From a virus: a DNA stretch of 64,000 nt. Position 1 is the stretch's first letter; each line of letters opens with the position of its first letter. Position numbers and translations under genes: made by a program. Where the stretch lies: positions 5,165-69,164 of IMG/VR virus record IMGVR_UViG_3300037464_000007. One strand, 5' to 3'. Under the pieces are notes generated by a model. That model was not told the DNA's origin. It worked only from the letters and a program-made list of their open reading frames with translations, and ran no database searches. Below, piece by piece: positions 62,982 to 64,000 of the stretch.

Positions 62982-64000
62982 ATGGATACTGCAAGCAATA
63001 TTAAGTTTAACGTTGAGGGAGACGATAAGTTTACTCAATTTTTAGAAAAAACTCAAAAATCATTTAAAGAGCTTAACGAGAAATCTCTTAAATTTTTTAA
63101 TGCGGGTTTGAGAGACGGTACTAAAAATCTAAAAGATATTACTAAGCAGTTTCAAAACAAGAGAAATATAGTAGATAGTTTAGTTAAAGATTACGGTAAA
63201 GCTACTGTTGCTACTACTGACTGGAATGCTTCGATGGGTAAGCTAGTTAAAACTACTTCTTTACTTGGAGGAGCGTTAAACGCATTAAATATAGCTTCTA
63301 TTGGGACAGGTATCGTTAAAACTGTTGGAACTGGAGTTACTGAAATACTAAATGCAGTAACTATGACTAGCACAGGTATCAACGCTATGGCTGCTTCTGG
63401 TTTTGATGGAACTCCTTTAATGAATTCTTTAGGAGAAATTACTGCTGTCTTAACTGGAAATACTCAAGCAATAGAAGCTTTTTCTGCTAGATCTACTGCT
63501 GCATTTAACCAATTTGAACAAAAACTCAATGAAGTTAATATTGTATTTGGATTATCTCAAGAAAGACTATCTGAATACGGAGAGGCTTTACAAAATGGTT
63601 TAGAGAAGAATTTAAAGAATAGTGTAGGTTCTCTTACGGCTCTTAATGCTGCCTATCAAGCTGCTAGCGCTGGATTTACTGAATTTCAACAAAATCAAGA
63701 TGTAGTTAACTTGGCAATTAAAGCTAATAAAGCTGCTCCGGGAAGTGACTTATTCCAGATTGGTGGAGCTATTGGTAAAGGAGCGGGGATTCTAGAAACT
63801 AAAGATATTGCAGAATTAGAAGAAGTTACTGCTAAATGGTTAGCTACTGAACAACTAGGTCTAACAACTGTAGGAGATATGACTGAGTATATCAGTGATA
63901 TGTACTCATCTCTTAAAAACGCAGGTATTGGTACTAAAGATTTAGTTAACGAGACTCAAGGTTTAGTAGTTGCTTTTACTAAATTAGGTGGCAAAGTAAC
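62982..64000 (+). CDS. tape measure protein, TP901 family (5' partial, runs off the window)
   Basis: MDTASNIKFNVEG..AAFNQFEQKLNEV..AAYQAASAG..AEL..V.AKW..T.QLGLTTV; open to 64000. Confidence 0.85.
   Translation, partial: MDTASNIKFNVEGDDKFTQFLEKTQKSFKELNEKSLKFFNAGLRDGTKNLKDITKQFQNKRNIVDSLVKDYGKATVATTDWNASMGKLVKTTSLLGGALNALNIASIGTGIVKTVGTGVTEILNAVTMTSTGINAMAASGFDGTPLMNSLGEITAVLTGNTQAIEAFSARSTAAFNQFEQKLNEVNIVFGLSQERLSEYGEALQNGLEKNLKNSVGSLTALNAAYQAASAGFTEFQQNQDVVNLAIKANKAAPGSDLFQIGGAIGKGAGILETKDIAELEEVTAKWLATEQLGLTTVGDMTEYISDMYSSLKNAGIGTKDLVNETQGLVVAFTKLGGKV

Noticed and set aside
38444-63382. ORFs 38444..38725, 44928..45203, 46103..46312, 54977..55183, 55291..55665, 57344..57529, 57403..57585, 63191..63382
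   Set aside because: Shadow frames of recognised genes.
1-64000. Genome-wide stop-codon reassignment
   Set aside because: Only isolated in-frame TGA or TAG cases; long genes are intact under code 11 and TAG/TGA end many genes right before the next start.

Overview
AT-rich window of a large tailed dsDNA phage or prophage (Caudoviricetes). It has a TP901-type tape measure, and no tail sheath or portal gene is visible. A cyanobacterial host is a tentative inference from the C39 endolysin, LRR and PAS gene styles. Layout: (1) 0.3-17.9 kb, a minus-strand early/accessory operon driven by sigma70-like promoters at about 18.5-18.9 kb; (2) a terS-like gene at 19.2 kb; (3) 20-36.7 kb, an accessory island of tandem paralog families, an SF2 helicase-like gene flanked by 19-bp motifs, ClpP and a metallophosphoesterase; (4) 36.7-64 kb, plus-strand morphogenesis: TerL, MuF, Mu-I-like protease, scaffold, decoration, MCP, lysis cassette, neck, tail tube, frameshifted chaperones and the start of the tape measure. 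Main unexplained signals: (a) nine dispersed anticodon-less tRNA-like RNA elements (acceptor stem plus T-arm, with compensatory stem changes and apparent D/T-loop covariation) placed upstream of successive early genes, in the same operon as an orphan colicin-D-type tRNase immunity gene; (b) a triple-PAS/coiled-coil/TM protein with no output domain inside the lysis cassette; (c) about nine basic Gly-zipper putative virion proteins sharing N-terminal 'xxF' tags, with a KptA/ART-like domain in one and a lipase-like domain in a related tagged protein. All functional calls are by-eye motif recognition; no searches were run.
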